DNA of 64,000 bases from Nitrospirota bacterium (GTDB taxonomy: Bacteria; Nitrospirota; UBA9217): positions 64,001-128,000 of the forward strand of contig CAVVUN010000008.1 in NCBI GenBank assembly GCA_963751455.1, given 5' to 3'. Below, one piece after another: positions 9,301 to 17,783 of this stretch (positions within the stretch are counted from its first letter, which is position 1; every line of letters starts with the position of its first letter). Both the position numbers and the translations under genes were made by a program. The notes under the pieces were generated by a model. The model was not told the origin of the DNA. It saw nothing but the letters and a program-made list of their open reading frames with translations, and did not search any database.

Positions 9301-11844
9301 TGCCATCGCCGTATTCGCTGCCATGCCGAGTGCCAGCGCATCGTTGGGGCGCTGCGCAGCGAATTCAGTAGCATGCACACGTTCATCAACAGACAGGGGT
9401 TGACCGGTTACCTGCTTCCAGAACGCTTCGACGCCGCTGCCTTGATTGCCCAGAGCGGCAGCAAGCGCTTGACGCATCACATCGCGGTAATGAGCAAAGC
9501 GCATTCCGGCAGATAGCTTCGCGGCATCCTGGCGGCTGTCGGAGAACACAACAAGCTTTCGCGCGTGCGGATCTGTGCGCCCCGCCTCCCGCACGAGCAC
9601 TTCGGAAAGCACTTGGGCAAGTTTCTGGAAGCCGGTACGCTGTGTCCGGATGGGTGAACCGATGTCGCTCCACGACCAGCTAGTATCACACCGGGGGCAG
9701 TAGGCAGGATAGGCACGTATCGTGCGCTTCCTATCCTGGGGCAGTAGATTAAGTGATGCCGGATCAATAAACCCGCCGCCAGGCACATGAAAGGCAGGAA
9801 CATAGTACAGATAGCCGCGCACCGCATGCGGATTCCCGCCGTGTGCAACCTTTGCTTCTGAAGCAACCAGGTGCGCCTCAATCCAGCGGCGTTGAATGTT
9901 CTTCTCGACCCAGCTGATCCGCCCTGGCCTTAACCCGTTCGATGCAGGCCAGAAAACAGCATACCGCATGTAATCCCGGTCCAGAGAAACCAGATCAGGC
10001 GATTTTTCCAGATCCGGGTGATCAGGGCTTAGAAACCACTCATTGGAGTTATTACCTGGCCTCCGGTAGCCGCCAACGAATACCTCGCCACAGGCCTCAC
10101 AGTATAGAAGTTCCAGGATCCGCGATCCGCAGTTGCAAGTTAGGGCCGGTGCGTAGTAAAGGCTGCCCACAGGGCCAGGCGGCATGCGCGGCGGCGCAGC
10201 GTTGCAGGCGGGGTCGGTGCAAGCCCACAAGCCTTGCAGGTTGCGGAAGAACATATGCGCACGGATGGGCAGCACTGCTCCGCCCCCTGCATTGCGGCCC
10301 GCGCAGAGTCCGGCAAGCAAACCTTCCACTGCATCTGCGCGCTCGCTGTCCGGAAGGTTGGGAAACAAAGCGCTCCCGATTTCTGCTGGCATGCGGGGAC
10401 GAGTTATCTGTGCGTTTTGGGAGATACATATCTCGCGGAGGGCTGAAGGCGCATCAATGTGCTCTAGCGCCGCACCTAGCACGCGGCCTGGATCGTTCCC
10501 AGGCGTAAGCGGTGCTCCAACTGATTGTTGAAAAGCGGACGCCAAAGCCTGAATGCTGCCGGAGCCCCTGCGCAACTGCCCACCCAAGTCACGTAGCGGA
10601 GTGGCGTAATTCTGGATACGTGCAGCCGCGCCTGGCGTCGGTGGAATCATGTTTCCGGAGACAATAGCGAACCGGTTCCGGTCCCGTGCGAGGAACGCTT
10701 CCAGATAATCGAGGCCGGAAGCATCGCCAGCGACGGATGCGCTGGATGCAATGATTCGCAACTGCGGGGAATCCGGTTGCAGTCCAAGCCGCTCTAACAG
10801 AACACGGATCAAGTAAGCCACCTCCGTGCCCGGCGTGCCGCGATATGTATGCAATTCATCCACGATGAGATGAAAAATGTTCGAGGGATCGGCTGCAAGC
10901 CATTGCCTGGTCAGATCGAAGATCGGCGCCTCCAAACTGCGCATCAACATGATGTTCAGCATAGAGTAGTTAGTGATAAGGATATCCGGCGGCGCCTCCT
11001 GCATATCCCAGCGCGACCACATTTCTCCGCCATCGAGACGCGGGAAGAAACGCGCCGCCTGAGAACCAGCTACCTGCAGGACCGCTTGTTCCAGGTCAAT
11101 CAGAGTTTCACGCAAGCGTTTCAACTTCCCGGGATCTTGCAGCCCGGGCACAGGCGTACGGCCTGTATAACGGCCAAAATAGAACAGGTTGCCGGCCCGG
11201 CGGGCGCGAAGCCACTGCCTGGCGTGGTCCCCATCCAGCGCTGCGCGCAAGCGGGCAAGCTGGTCCTCTACAAGCGCATTCAGCGGATAGAGTATCAACG
11301 CGCGGATTGCAGCCGGACGCGCTGCGGGGTTTTCATGGCCTCGCTGGGAAATTCTTTGCCCGCTGCGATTCCACCAATCCATTTGAACTGGTGAAGGCGG
11401 CATTGTTCCCCATCTGGCAGACTCCCTCACCAGGGCAGCGAGCACAGGCAGCAAGAAGCATTCCGTCTTGCCTGAACCAGTGCCGGTTGTAACTACTACG
11501 TCATGACTGTTCAGGACTGTCTCAACAAACACATCGCGCTGGTGCGTGTAGGGCTTGCGGCTGGCGGGAAAGAGTTCCAGCGAAACAAAGTTGGCAAGAT
11601 CATTGATCTCCTGTGCGCTCCATCTCCCGCTTAGAATTGAACGGGTCATATCCGCAAATGTTTGGCCGCAGTCTGCGTAAAGCGGTACCGGCTCGATCAG
11701 GGGGGCACGGTGAATCCGCCCGTCTACATCCAGCAGCCGGTCACGCTCTCTGACCAGATCCGGATACCGCAAGTCAAACGGACTGTCCAGGTAACGGAGG
11801 TACATCTCGCGAAGGGAGTTAAAGACATGTATTGGATTTTTCAT
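6346..11844 (-). CDS. druE: large SF2 DEAD/DEAH helicase with Zn clusters and C-terminal DUF1998 (DruE-like)
   Basis: TGTGSGKTE, YPLNALVEDQ, PPDILITNYSML, DELH, FSDSRQDAA, TTTMEAGVDIG, QRVGRAGRR, several CxxC pairs, terminal CQTSCPDC. 1832 aa is in the DruE size range. Confidence 0.75.
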   Translation of the reverse strand: MKNPIHVFNSLREMYLRYLDSPFDLRYPDLVRERDRLLDVDGRIHRAPLIEPVPLYADCGQTFADMTRSILSGRWSAQEINDLANFVSLELFPASRKPYTHQRDVFVETVLNSHDVVVTTGTGSGKTECFLLPVLAALVRESARWGTMPPSPVQMDWWNRSGQRISQRGHENPAARPAAIRALILYPLNALVEDQLARLRAALDGDHARQWLRARRAGNLFYFGRYTGRTPVPGLQDPGKLKRLRETLIDLEQAVLQVAGSQAARFFPRLDGGEMWSRWDMQEAPPDILITNYSMLNIMLMRSLEAPIFDLTRQWLAADPSNIFHLIVDELHTYRGTPGTEVAYLIRVLLERLGLQPDSPQLRIIASSASVAGDASGLDYLEAFLARDRNRFAIVSGNMIPPTPGAAARIQNYATPLRDLGGQLRRGSGSIQALASAFQQSVGAPLTPGNDPGRVLGAALEHIDAPSALREICISQNAQITRPRMPAEIGSALFPNLPDSERADAVEGLLAGLCAGRNAGGGAVLPIRAHMFFRNLQGLWACTDPACNAAPPRMPPGPVGSLYYAPALTCNCGSRILELLYCEACGEVFVGGYRRPGNNSNEWFLSPDHPDLEKSPDLVSLDRDYMRYAVFWPASNGLRPGRISWVEKNIQRRWIEAHLVASEAKVAHGGNPHAVRGYLYYVPAFHVPGGGFIDPASLNLLPQDRKRTIRAYPAYCPRCDTSWSWSDIGSPIRTQRTGFQKLAQVLSEVLVREAGRTDPHARKLVVFSDSRQDAAKLSAGMRFAHYRDVMRQALAAALGNQGSGVEAFWKQVTGQPLSVDERVHATEFAAQRPNDALALGMAANTAMANQPSITNPALTWQQAAQRIRNRAVTGPFAITPLALDAAGQLLDRGMNPGGWSQDVLWSDPLNKRGHWQDLYNWPAGGVPSEKPPSALNPAQQIHLRQIHQHTEQELMDIIFASGRRSLESLRLAYVTADRIEYPQPNSVIQETADGVIRILGSRRKLSSKDANSLAAAPGYVRNYVEAVANLQGLVRDDLLRDVVNYLEQAGCLNQFVLQDRALCLQPPGDVFFECRQCRRLHLHRAGGICTECLEPLGAPLMMAARPLGDDYYAYLATRAGEPYRLNCEELTGQTNKNDARRRQRLFQNIVLPQLENGLTDPVDLLSVTTTMEAGVDIGGLLAVMMANMPPMRFNYQQRVGRAGRRGAGLSVALTLCRGRSHDDYYFQRPDRITSDPPPVPYVDLGSEPILKRVLVKEVLRQAFDQLNLAPSADSVHGEFGTAAGWGQPLNAGPTVRDLIAGWIHNHSREVERVCDILLVHSNLHARRQFLLDFVNHDLIGEIDTIAASSAFAHEHLSQRLAEAGLLPMFGFPTRVRLLFHERPSRADWPPEEGVVDRELDLAISQFAPGSETVKDGLIHTSIGVVHYMPGPRGVDEQPGPLGPPVPIGLCRACQAVDASPSPGATHCSVCNSSEFEVIQLAQPLGFRTWDGASRDFDGQFEWSPRASRPKAGATMRPLTRQSNFGVWSDQETVYVINDNDGRSFEFRKLERSETWVTQEALAQINRVNVRFDVIAGTDRRALASIKITDLMLLGITQWPTGVFASPQNVYGRAALYSFGFLLRRAAADLLDIDERELKVGLRVVREPSGSISGQVFMSDSLDNGAGYSSRLGQPAQAGQLLQYVVGIGDTRFHAPLVASTHTVNCQTSCPDCVRDFSNLAYHNILDWRLGLDLARLALDATAAIDFTEPYWAALYSTVVPNYFTGSGMQRVTLAGLQAGQRGNIIEIVTHPLWDISDLHNIHPQLAVAHAQATATGRRVVLKSLFDVLRRPY

Positions 11845-12770
11845 AGGCTAGGCTGCCTCAAAATGTGCGCCGCGAAACCGGCAATGCCTTCCGGGATCTC
11901 CCGGTAAACTAACATCCTGCTTGTTGCGTCATAATCCGGCAGAAATCCGGAACACAACACCAGCGCCCGTTCCAAAAGATACGGCGGGCGCAAAATGGCT
12001 GGAACAGCCAAACATTGTGCGTTGCGATTATAATGCACGACTTGCCGGCCGTGCTTGGCAAGCAAGAAGAACTTGCCAGCCTGTCCTCCAACCATGAAGG
12101 TGCGCCCTTTTACCCGAAGAAAATACTTGTACGTTTGGAATTGCATGAACTGGAACAATCCATCTGTGATCCTGTTTGCCTCAGCAACGGAAGACCCGGT
12201 CCAGCGGTACGACCGCCGTTTGATTTCAAAATACTTGACCTCCCAGTCCTTGCCGAATGGAAGCGGTGTTTCCCGCCACACAGCCAAGCTGTCCAAAGGC
12301 GGCAAGCAACTAAGAATTGCCACAGACGCATCCGGTTGAACCTTTATGCCCGCGGTTTCAGCCAGCGCGACGAGTGGTTCGAGACAGGGAGCCGATACCC
12401 GGACTACGTCTGGTTGCTCAGAGACCTTATAGCGCTCACAGGTAGCACCAGCAAGCCCTTCAAAACGGCGGATCGTCTCCGGCAGGCGCGCACCACAGAG
12501 AACACCTGCAGTGCCGCGGACGGCCAGCCTGGTGAGCGTAAGTACCGGCGGCGTCACTCGCCAGCCATTTTCACAGTCTGCTGCATCGAACTCTACATGA
12601 GCCAGGCTTTGGAGGTTGAAGCGTAGACGTTGATGAAGCCGATAGCTTTCCGGGGCTCTGTTGTTCAGTTCATCGCCTTCAGAAAAAATTTCCTCCACAG
12701 CGGACTTGAATTGCGGCCACGATCCCGCACTGCGCGCGGAAAGCCAGAACAGAAGCTCATTTGGTCCCAT
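11841..12770 (-). CDS. hypothetical protein, DruD-like by size and position
   Basis: Translationally coupled to the helicase. LLFWLSARSAGSW and LAHVEF...WRVTPP patterns. Homology unverified. Confidence 0.6.
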   Translation of the reverse strand: MGPNELLFWLSARSAGSWPQFKSAVEEIFSEGDELNNRAPESYRLHQRLRFNLQSLAHVEFDAADCENGWRVTPPVLTLTRLAVRGTAGVLCGARLPETIRRFEGLAGATCERYKVSEQPDVVRVSAPCLEPLVALAETAGIKVQPDASVAILSCLPPLDSLAVWRETPLPFGKDWEVKYFEIKRRSYRWTGSSVAEANRITDGLFQFMQFQTYKYFLRVKGRTFMVGGQAGKFFLLAKHGRQVVHYNRNAQCLAVPAILRPPYLLERALVLCSGFLPDYDATSRMLVYREIPEGIAGFAAHILRQPSL

Positions 12771-14742
12771 GCTGCCTCAGAGTCCTCCATATCGCCCTAG
12801 CGAGCAATGAGTAGTTTTGCCACAGCCGTTCGGTCTCGCTATCAATAGGCCAAATTAACAAGCCTTTTCGTTTACAGTCGAGGATTGCCTGACACCAGCG
12901 CCAGATAGTAAGCCGTTCCTTTCGACGAGATGTCCGGGTCTCTACCTGTTGACCCGGCGAGATCGGCGCAATAAGCCTTACCCGGTGGAGATTCTTGTCG
13001 CTGTGCAGCGCATTGTCCGGCACCGCCCATACAACCTCGAAAGGAACGAACCCTGTCCATTCCGTACCGGCCCGCGCTTCGCACCGGAAGACTTCGCCGG
13101 GCTTTGCGCCAAGCAACACGCGGTTGGTAGTCGGCACAGTTACGAGCTGTGCAGCGTGCCGCGGTGTGGCAATTGCCCCGCATAGCGTACCGTCGGCATA
13201 GTCGTACGGTTGCCATAGATCCCAGCCGGGCGATGGAGAAGCAATGGAGTACTTGGCCTGTGTGCCGCCGCACCAGACAATATGGTTTCCGTCCCCGTCC
13301 CATCCCGAGGCAATGAAACCCCCGTTTGCTTGGAGCACAGCTGGATGGTTGTCGATCCTTACCTCCGTATGTGGCGGGATATCGCCGCTGACACTGATCT
13401 TCGGCGGAAATCCTGTGAGCCACACCGAGTCGTACAGCCACAGTCCGCCATCCAGTTCAATCTCGACTTCCGGCAGCGGCCTTAGGATATTAAGGATGTC
13501 ATTACCGGACGAGTGCGGCAGGGTTCGTAAAGGCTTCACCCCGCGGAAGAAGACCCAACCCGCTGGTGCACCGTAATCCTCACGATGAGCCTCTAGCTGT
13601 CCGCACCCAGCCTGATCAAGAACCGCCCTTACTTCCTCGGCACGGCCGGCTTTGCACAGCACAACTTGGTCTTCGCGACCTATTCTCAGCCATGTCGTTG
13701 ATACAGAACCGGCAAGACCATGATACCCTGCAAGCACATAGACATCGCGGCCACTCAACCGCCAAGAGGATTGAGTGCCACTGTCGCGTGCAGAAAATTG
13801 AAAGCCTTCGCTGAGGAGTTCAGACAGCCTCTCACCAGCATTAATTTCATACCATGCATCGCCATACGCACTCAATACGAAATCTTTCCTGCCGCTGCTT
13901 ACTTCTATTTCTTGCTCGCTGTCCGGGAACCGTTGCCCAAGCAAGCGGATCTGGCAGAAACCATGCCGGTCGAAAATCGCCTGGATACTCACCTCCAATG
14001 GTTGCCCACGGCGTTCCTCACGTTGCTTTGGGCTTGGTTGCGCCGCGGTCCGAGGCTGGCTCTTGGGTGGTTTGATAACGGGAGGCTGGTAAATGAATCG
14101 TCCAGGTACCCCGCCTTCGTTTTTTGATTCGACGCGTACACCTGGTGTGACATCGGCACCTGAGGCCGATTGCGTTGCCGATACTTTCGGCTCTTGCGGG
14201 CCGGCAGCGAGTACACTCTTTGACGGCCCGTAAGCATCCGGCGAAGCTGGGGTGTCCCGCTTTTCGGATTGTGCAGTTTGTTGAGGAATGTTTCCTTCCG
14301 CTTGTTCCTTCGCTGAACCACCAGGCTGCAATGATTGTTCGCCGACTTCCTCTGCTTGCTTGGAGACAGCAAGCTCTCCCGGAGACGGCGCGGGTGCAGG
14401 ACCGATCGAGACCATGACATCTGGACCCTCAGTAGGTTTTTCGATTGATTCGCCCGCCTTCTCCTTGAACGTGCCCGTCTCGGGCAAAGGGGGCTTCGAA
14501 CTATCTGACCCTGGTTCAAGTCGCGAACGTTGCTCGTCTTTGATGCTTATGGACGTATCAATACCGCTAGGCTGTTCTGCAGAAGGGAGGACAACGCTTT
14601 CTGAACGGAATTTCCTCAACCTGCGTGCCCGTATTACTGCTTTGATAACGGACGCTAGTGCAATTGCAAGAAAAATTAATATTAATATTAATATTAATAT
14701 TAGCATCTGTTTCACGCCAGCACCCATTAGGATTAAGGTCAT
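12757..14742 (-). CDS. membrane-anchored hypothetical protein (N-terminal TM, long disordered linker, possible DruC-like C-terminal domain)
   Basis: Hydrophobic ILILILILIFLAIALASVI followed by basic RARRLRK, ~200-aa P/S/Q/E-rich region, then a Trp/Gly-rich globular region. Overlaps the next gene. Start may be ATG 14706. Confidence 0.6.
   Translation of the reverse strand: MTLILMGAGVKQMLILILILILIFLAIALASVIKAVIRARRLRKFRSESVVLPSAEQPSGIDTSISIKDEQRSRLEPGSDSSKPPLPETGTFKEKAGESIEKPTEGPDVMVSIGPAPAPSPGELAVSKQAEEVGEQSLQPGGSAKEQAEGNIPQQTAQSEKRDTPASPDAYGPSKSVLAAGPQEPKVSATQSASGADVTPGVRVESKNEGGVPGRFIYQPPVIKPPKSQPRTAAQPSPKQREERRGQPLEVSIQAIFDRHGFCQIRLLGQRFPDSEQEIEVSSGRKDFVLSAYGDAWYEINAGERLSELLSEGFQFSARDSGTQSSWRLSGRDVYVLAGYHGLAGSVSTTWLRIGREDQVVLCKAGRAEEVRAVLDQAGCGQLEAHREDYGAPAGWVFFRGVKPLRTLPHSSGNDILNILRPLPEVEIELDGGLWLYDSVWLTGFPPKISVSGDIPPHTEVRIDNHPAVLQANGGFIASGWDGDGNHIVWCGGTQAKYSIASPSPGWDLWQPYDYADGTLCGAIATPRHAAQLVTVPTTNRVLLGAKPGEVFRCEARAGTEWTGFVPFEVVWAVPDNALHSDKNLHRVRLIAPISPGQQVETRTSRRKERLTIWRWCQAILDCKRKGLLIWPIDSETERLWQNYSLLARAIWRTLRQHGTK
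14675..14702. repeat. (ATTAAT)4 self-complementary hexamer tandem repeat
   Basis: ATTAAT x4 + ATTA read directly; encodes the Ile-Leu run of the TM helix. Confidence 0.9.
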
Positions 14743-14953
14743 CTGTGAAGAAACTGCCCGCGAGGACGATTCCTATTTCACAATATTTCAAACATATCGA
14801 AAAAGCAAGGTAAAAACCCAGCTATTCGTCAGCGAGTTTTGGAATCAAAAAGAGCATAGTAAAAATAAGTCTAAAATTCAATATTAAAATGCAAAGCTCG
14901 ATGAGAAGTGTTTCAGGAAGGGACGCGCTGGGTAGACGATTCTCTGCCGCTCT

Positions 14954-15631
14954 TTACTTCTTACCACCAGAAACCGGCACGTAATACTGGGTGCCGTGCT
15001 TCATGGTCAGGATCTGCTTGAGGAGATCGTTCAGGTCCTCGCGGCGGTGCACAAAGTCTATGTCGGAGGTATTGATGACGAGGAGCGGTGTCTCGGAATA
15101 GCGGAAGAAGAAATGATTGTACGCCTCGTTCACATCGGCAATGTATTCGGCGTTGATGTCCTTTTCGAAGGACCTGCCGCGCTGTTTGATCCTTCGCAGG
15201 AGGGTCTCGGTGTCGGCCTGAAGGAAAATGACAAGGTCGGGCCGCACGATTTTCGGCTCGAGCATTTTGTAGATTTGCTCGTACAGCGCCAACTCATGGT
15301 CATTGAGCGTCAGGTAGGCGAAAATGCGGTCCTTTGCAAACAGATAGTCGCTGATGGTAATGCGGGTGAAAAGGTCCGGCTGGACCATCTGCTCCTGCTG
15401 TGCAAAACGGTTCATAAGAAAAAACATCTGCGTCTGGAACCGGTAGCGCGCCGAGTCTCTGTAAAAGTCGGACAGGAAGGGGTTGTCCTCTGCGCATTCA
15501 AGGATCAGCCGGGCGCCGAGTTCCTCTGCGAGAAGGGACGTGAGGCTCGTTTTTCCGACCCCGATCGGGCCTTCCGTAACGATGTAGCGGGTATACGTAT
15601 CGGGTTTCCTGTTCATAAAAACTTGATTCAT
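14954..15631 (-). CDS. deoxynucleoside kinase (Dgk/Dck family)
   Basis: EGPIGVGKTSL P-loop, DNPFLSDFY, QMFFL, KDRIFA, RIKQRGRSFE; next to folK. Confidence 0.92.
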   Translation of the reverse strand: MNQVFMNRKPDTYTRYIVTEGPIGVGKTSLTSLLAEELGARLILECAEDNPFLSDFYRDSARYRFQTQMFFLMNRFAQQEQMVQPDLFTRITISDYLFAKDRIFAYLTLNDHELALYEQIYKMLEPKIVRPDLVIFLQADTETLLRRIKQRGRSFEKDINAEYIADVNEAYNHFFFRYSETPLLVINTSDIDFVHRREDLNDLLKQILTMKHGTQYYVPVSGGKK

Positions 15632-15638
15632 TATATAG

Positions 15639-15717
15639 CCGCAGATTACGCTGATTTTAATGATTAAAGCAGGTCTTGGTTTATTTTTTTCATCTGCGTA
15701 TTCTGTGAAATCTGCGG
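15639..15717. repeat. intergenic palindrome, CGCAGA subtype
   Basis: Arms ccgcagattacgctgat... and ...atctgcgtattctgtgaaatctgcgg. Confidence 0.8.
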
Positions 15718-15742
15718 ATAAAGCGTTTCACGATTCTGTTGT

Positions 15743-16231
15743 TCATGCGGCGCCGCATTTTACAACACGATGGGGGTCCTTCAGCTCATGGAGCAGCTGA
15801 GAGATCGTCTTGTTGAGAACGGGATGCACGGCAAGAGGCGCGATCTCGCTCAGGGGTACGAGCACAAACTTTCGCAATGCCAATTGAGCATGTGGTATCA
15901 CAAGATCCGGCCTGCTAATGACCTGATCACCGAACAGCAGGATGTCGAGATCGATCGTACGCGGTCCCCAGCGGACAGCTCGTATACGGCCAAGTTCGTT
16001 TTCAATCGATCGGCACGCCGCCAGCAGGTTCAGCGGTGAGAATTCGGTCTCTATCTCGACCGCCGCATTGACAAATTCTTCCTGCTTTTCATATCCGACC
16101 GGCTCAGTGCAGTAAAAGGATGACTGATTGAGGACGCGTCCTGCGCGGTTCAAAACCTCGATCGCGCGCCTGCAGAAGGCTATCCTGTCGCCCATATTCG
16201 AGCCCAGACCGATGTATGCGGTAGCAGACAT
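15743..16231 (-). CDS. folK: 2-amino-4-hydroxy-6-hydroxymethyldihydropteridine pyrophosphokinase
   Basis: AYIGLGSN, FVNAA, WGPRTIDLDILL, IPH. Start reassigned to 16231. Confidence 0.96.
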   Translation of the reverse strand: MSATAYIGLGSNMGDRIAFCRRAIEVLNRAGRVLNQSSFYCTEPVGYEKQEEFVNAAVEIETEFSPLNLLAACRSIENELGRIRAVRWGPRTIDLDILLFGDQVISRPDLVIPHAQLALRKFVLVPLSEIAPLAVHPVLNKTISQLLHELKDPHRVVKCGAA

Positions 16232-16242
16232 GTTTGTTATTG

Positions 16243-16305
16243 GGACACGGATTAACACGGAAACACCGGATTAAAGCACCGACTTTTCCAATTTTATCCG
16301 TGTCC
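16243..16305. repeat. intergenic palindrome, CACGGA subtype
   Basis: ggacacggattaacacggaaacaccggatt ... atccgtgtcc. Confidence 0.75.
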
Positions 16306-16315
16306 AAAAGGTTTT

Positions 16316-17575
16316 TCAGAATTCAAACTGCATCCCAGCCATCCGCTTTTTGAATTCAGCCAGCACCCGCTGCTCGTCGGCTGCGCCCCTGCACTCGAAG
16401 GTTGCCGAAAAGCGGATATACGCGCCGGCATCATCCCACGGAACGGTGCTGATAAGCTTTTGGGTGATCAGAAACTCCGAAAATTCCTCTGCATTCGCAA
16501 AGGACCTTCCGCCCTTCACTCCAGTTGGCATCTTTACATACAGGTAAAACGATCCCGCGGGGAGCTTCGCATTAAATCCCATTTCGGACAAAACGGCACA
16601 CATCGCCCTGAGCCTTCTCTCATACTTCGCTGAGATAACATCCGTCATCTCGGGATTGTCAAGGGCGTAGACGCCGGCCTTCTGGAGCGCCTTGAACTGA
16701 CCGGAATCGTAATTGTCCTTCACGTTCGCGTATCCGGCGATGACCCGTTCATTGCCGGCAACGAATGCGAGCCGCCAGCCGGTCATATTATACGCCTTGG
16801 AGAGGGAGTGAATCTCGACACCTACATCCTTTGCCCCATCCACGGAAAGGAACGAGAGCGGTTTCGCGCCGTATACGAGGCCGGCATACGCGGCATCGTG
16901 CACGACGATAACGCTGTTCGCTTTCGCAAACGCCACCACCTTTTCAAAAAAGGCAGTAGTCGCGCCTGCCCCTGTCGGGTTATTAGGGTAGTTGATATAG
17001 AGAAGCTTGGCCCTTTTTTTCACGTCCGGCGTAACTGAGTCAAGGTCCGGCAGAAATCCGTTCTGCTCCAGGAGCGGCAGGTTCACGACCTCGCCCCTGT
17101 ACCACCGGGTGTGAGTGCCCATTACAGGATAACCCGGTACGGTCATGAGTGTAACATCGCCGGGGTTGATGAAAATCGCCGGAAACATTGCCAGCACGGG
17201 TTTGCTCCCGATGCCGTGCACCACCTCTGTCTCAGGATTGATATTGCGTACCCCATAGACGCTGCTCAGGTATCGGGCGGCTGCGTCTTTAAATTCCTGG
17301 ATGCCGTTGTCCGCATATCCGCGGTTTTCCGGTTTTTCCGCTTCGGTCTGGAGCGCCTTCACTACGCCGGGGAAGGCCATCTCGTCGGGTTCGCCTACGC
17401 CGAAATCGATAAGCTCAACGCCGGGATGGGCCGCGAGCGCTGCCCGTTTTGCGCGCTTGATCTTTTCGAATTTGTAGATCTTCTGTTCCTTGCCGAACAG
17501 CGCGCCGCCGATTCGCTCGGCAAAAAGGGATTGAATGTAGGTGTCGCTCGGTGTCGCCAACTGCGCATCCTCCAT
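16316..17575 (-). CDS. dapL: LL-diaminopimelate aminotransferase
   Basis: Class I PLP enzyme (NYPNNPTG, DAAY, SLSKAYNMTGWR) within the dapABF-lysA cluster. Confidence 0.88.
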   Translation of the reverse strand: MEDAQLATPSDTYIQSLFAERIGGALFGKEQKIYKFEKIKRAKRAALAAHPGVELIDFGVGEPDEMAFPGVVKALQTEAEKPENRGYADNGIQEFKDAAARYLSSVYGVRNINPETEVVHGIGSKPVLAMFPAIFINPGDVTLMTVPGYPVMGTHTRWYRGEVVNLPLLEQNGFLPDLDSVTPDVKKRAKLLYINYPNNPTGAGATTAFFEKVVAFAKANSVIVVHDAAYAGLVYGAKPLSFLSVDGAKDVGVEIHSLSKAYNMTGWRLAFVAGNERVIAGYANVKDNYDSGQFKALQKAGVYALDNPEMTDVISAKYERRLRAMCAVLSEMGFNAKLPAGSFYLYVKMPTGVKGGRSFANAEEFSEFLITQKLISTVPWDDAGAYIRFSATFECRGAADEQRVLAEFKKRMAGMQFEF

Positions 17576-17621
17576 TGAAAAAAATTATTGGAGCTTTTCA
17601 ACCTGACGTAATAAATGCTTT

Positions 17622-17779
17622 ATCCGCAGATTTCGCAGATAACGCAGATTGTAAAACATAAAACTCCAGCTCATTTTACTATGATACTGATGGCACAGAA
17701 AGAATTATAAACGGTTTTTCCGCGCCTCTTGGTTTAGCCTCGACTTTATTAATCTGTGAAATCTTCGTAATCTGCGGAT
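17622..17779. repeat. intergenic palindrome, CGCAGA subtype, ~100-nt spacer
   Basis: atccgcagatttcgcagataacgcagatt ... aatctgtgaaatcttcgtaatctgcggat. Confidence 0.85.
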
Positions 17780-17783
17780 CATC

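Noticed and set aside
5150-11844. DISARM class II call for helicase + DUF1998 + C5-MTase
   Set aside because: DISARM has separate DrmA, DrmB and a PLD nuclease DrmC. Here DUF1998 is fused to one 1832-aa helicase and no PLD (HKD) gene is visible.
14567-14887. ORFs with NINININ runs
   Set aside because: Alternative frames of the ATTAAT microsatellite.
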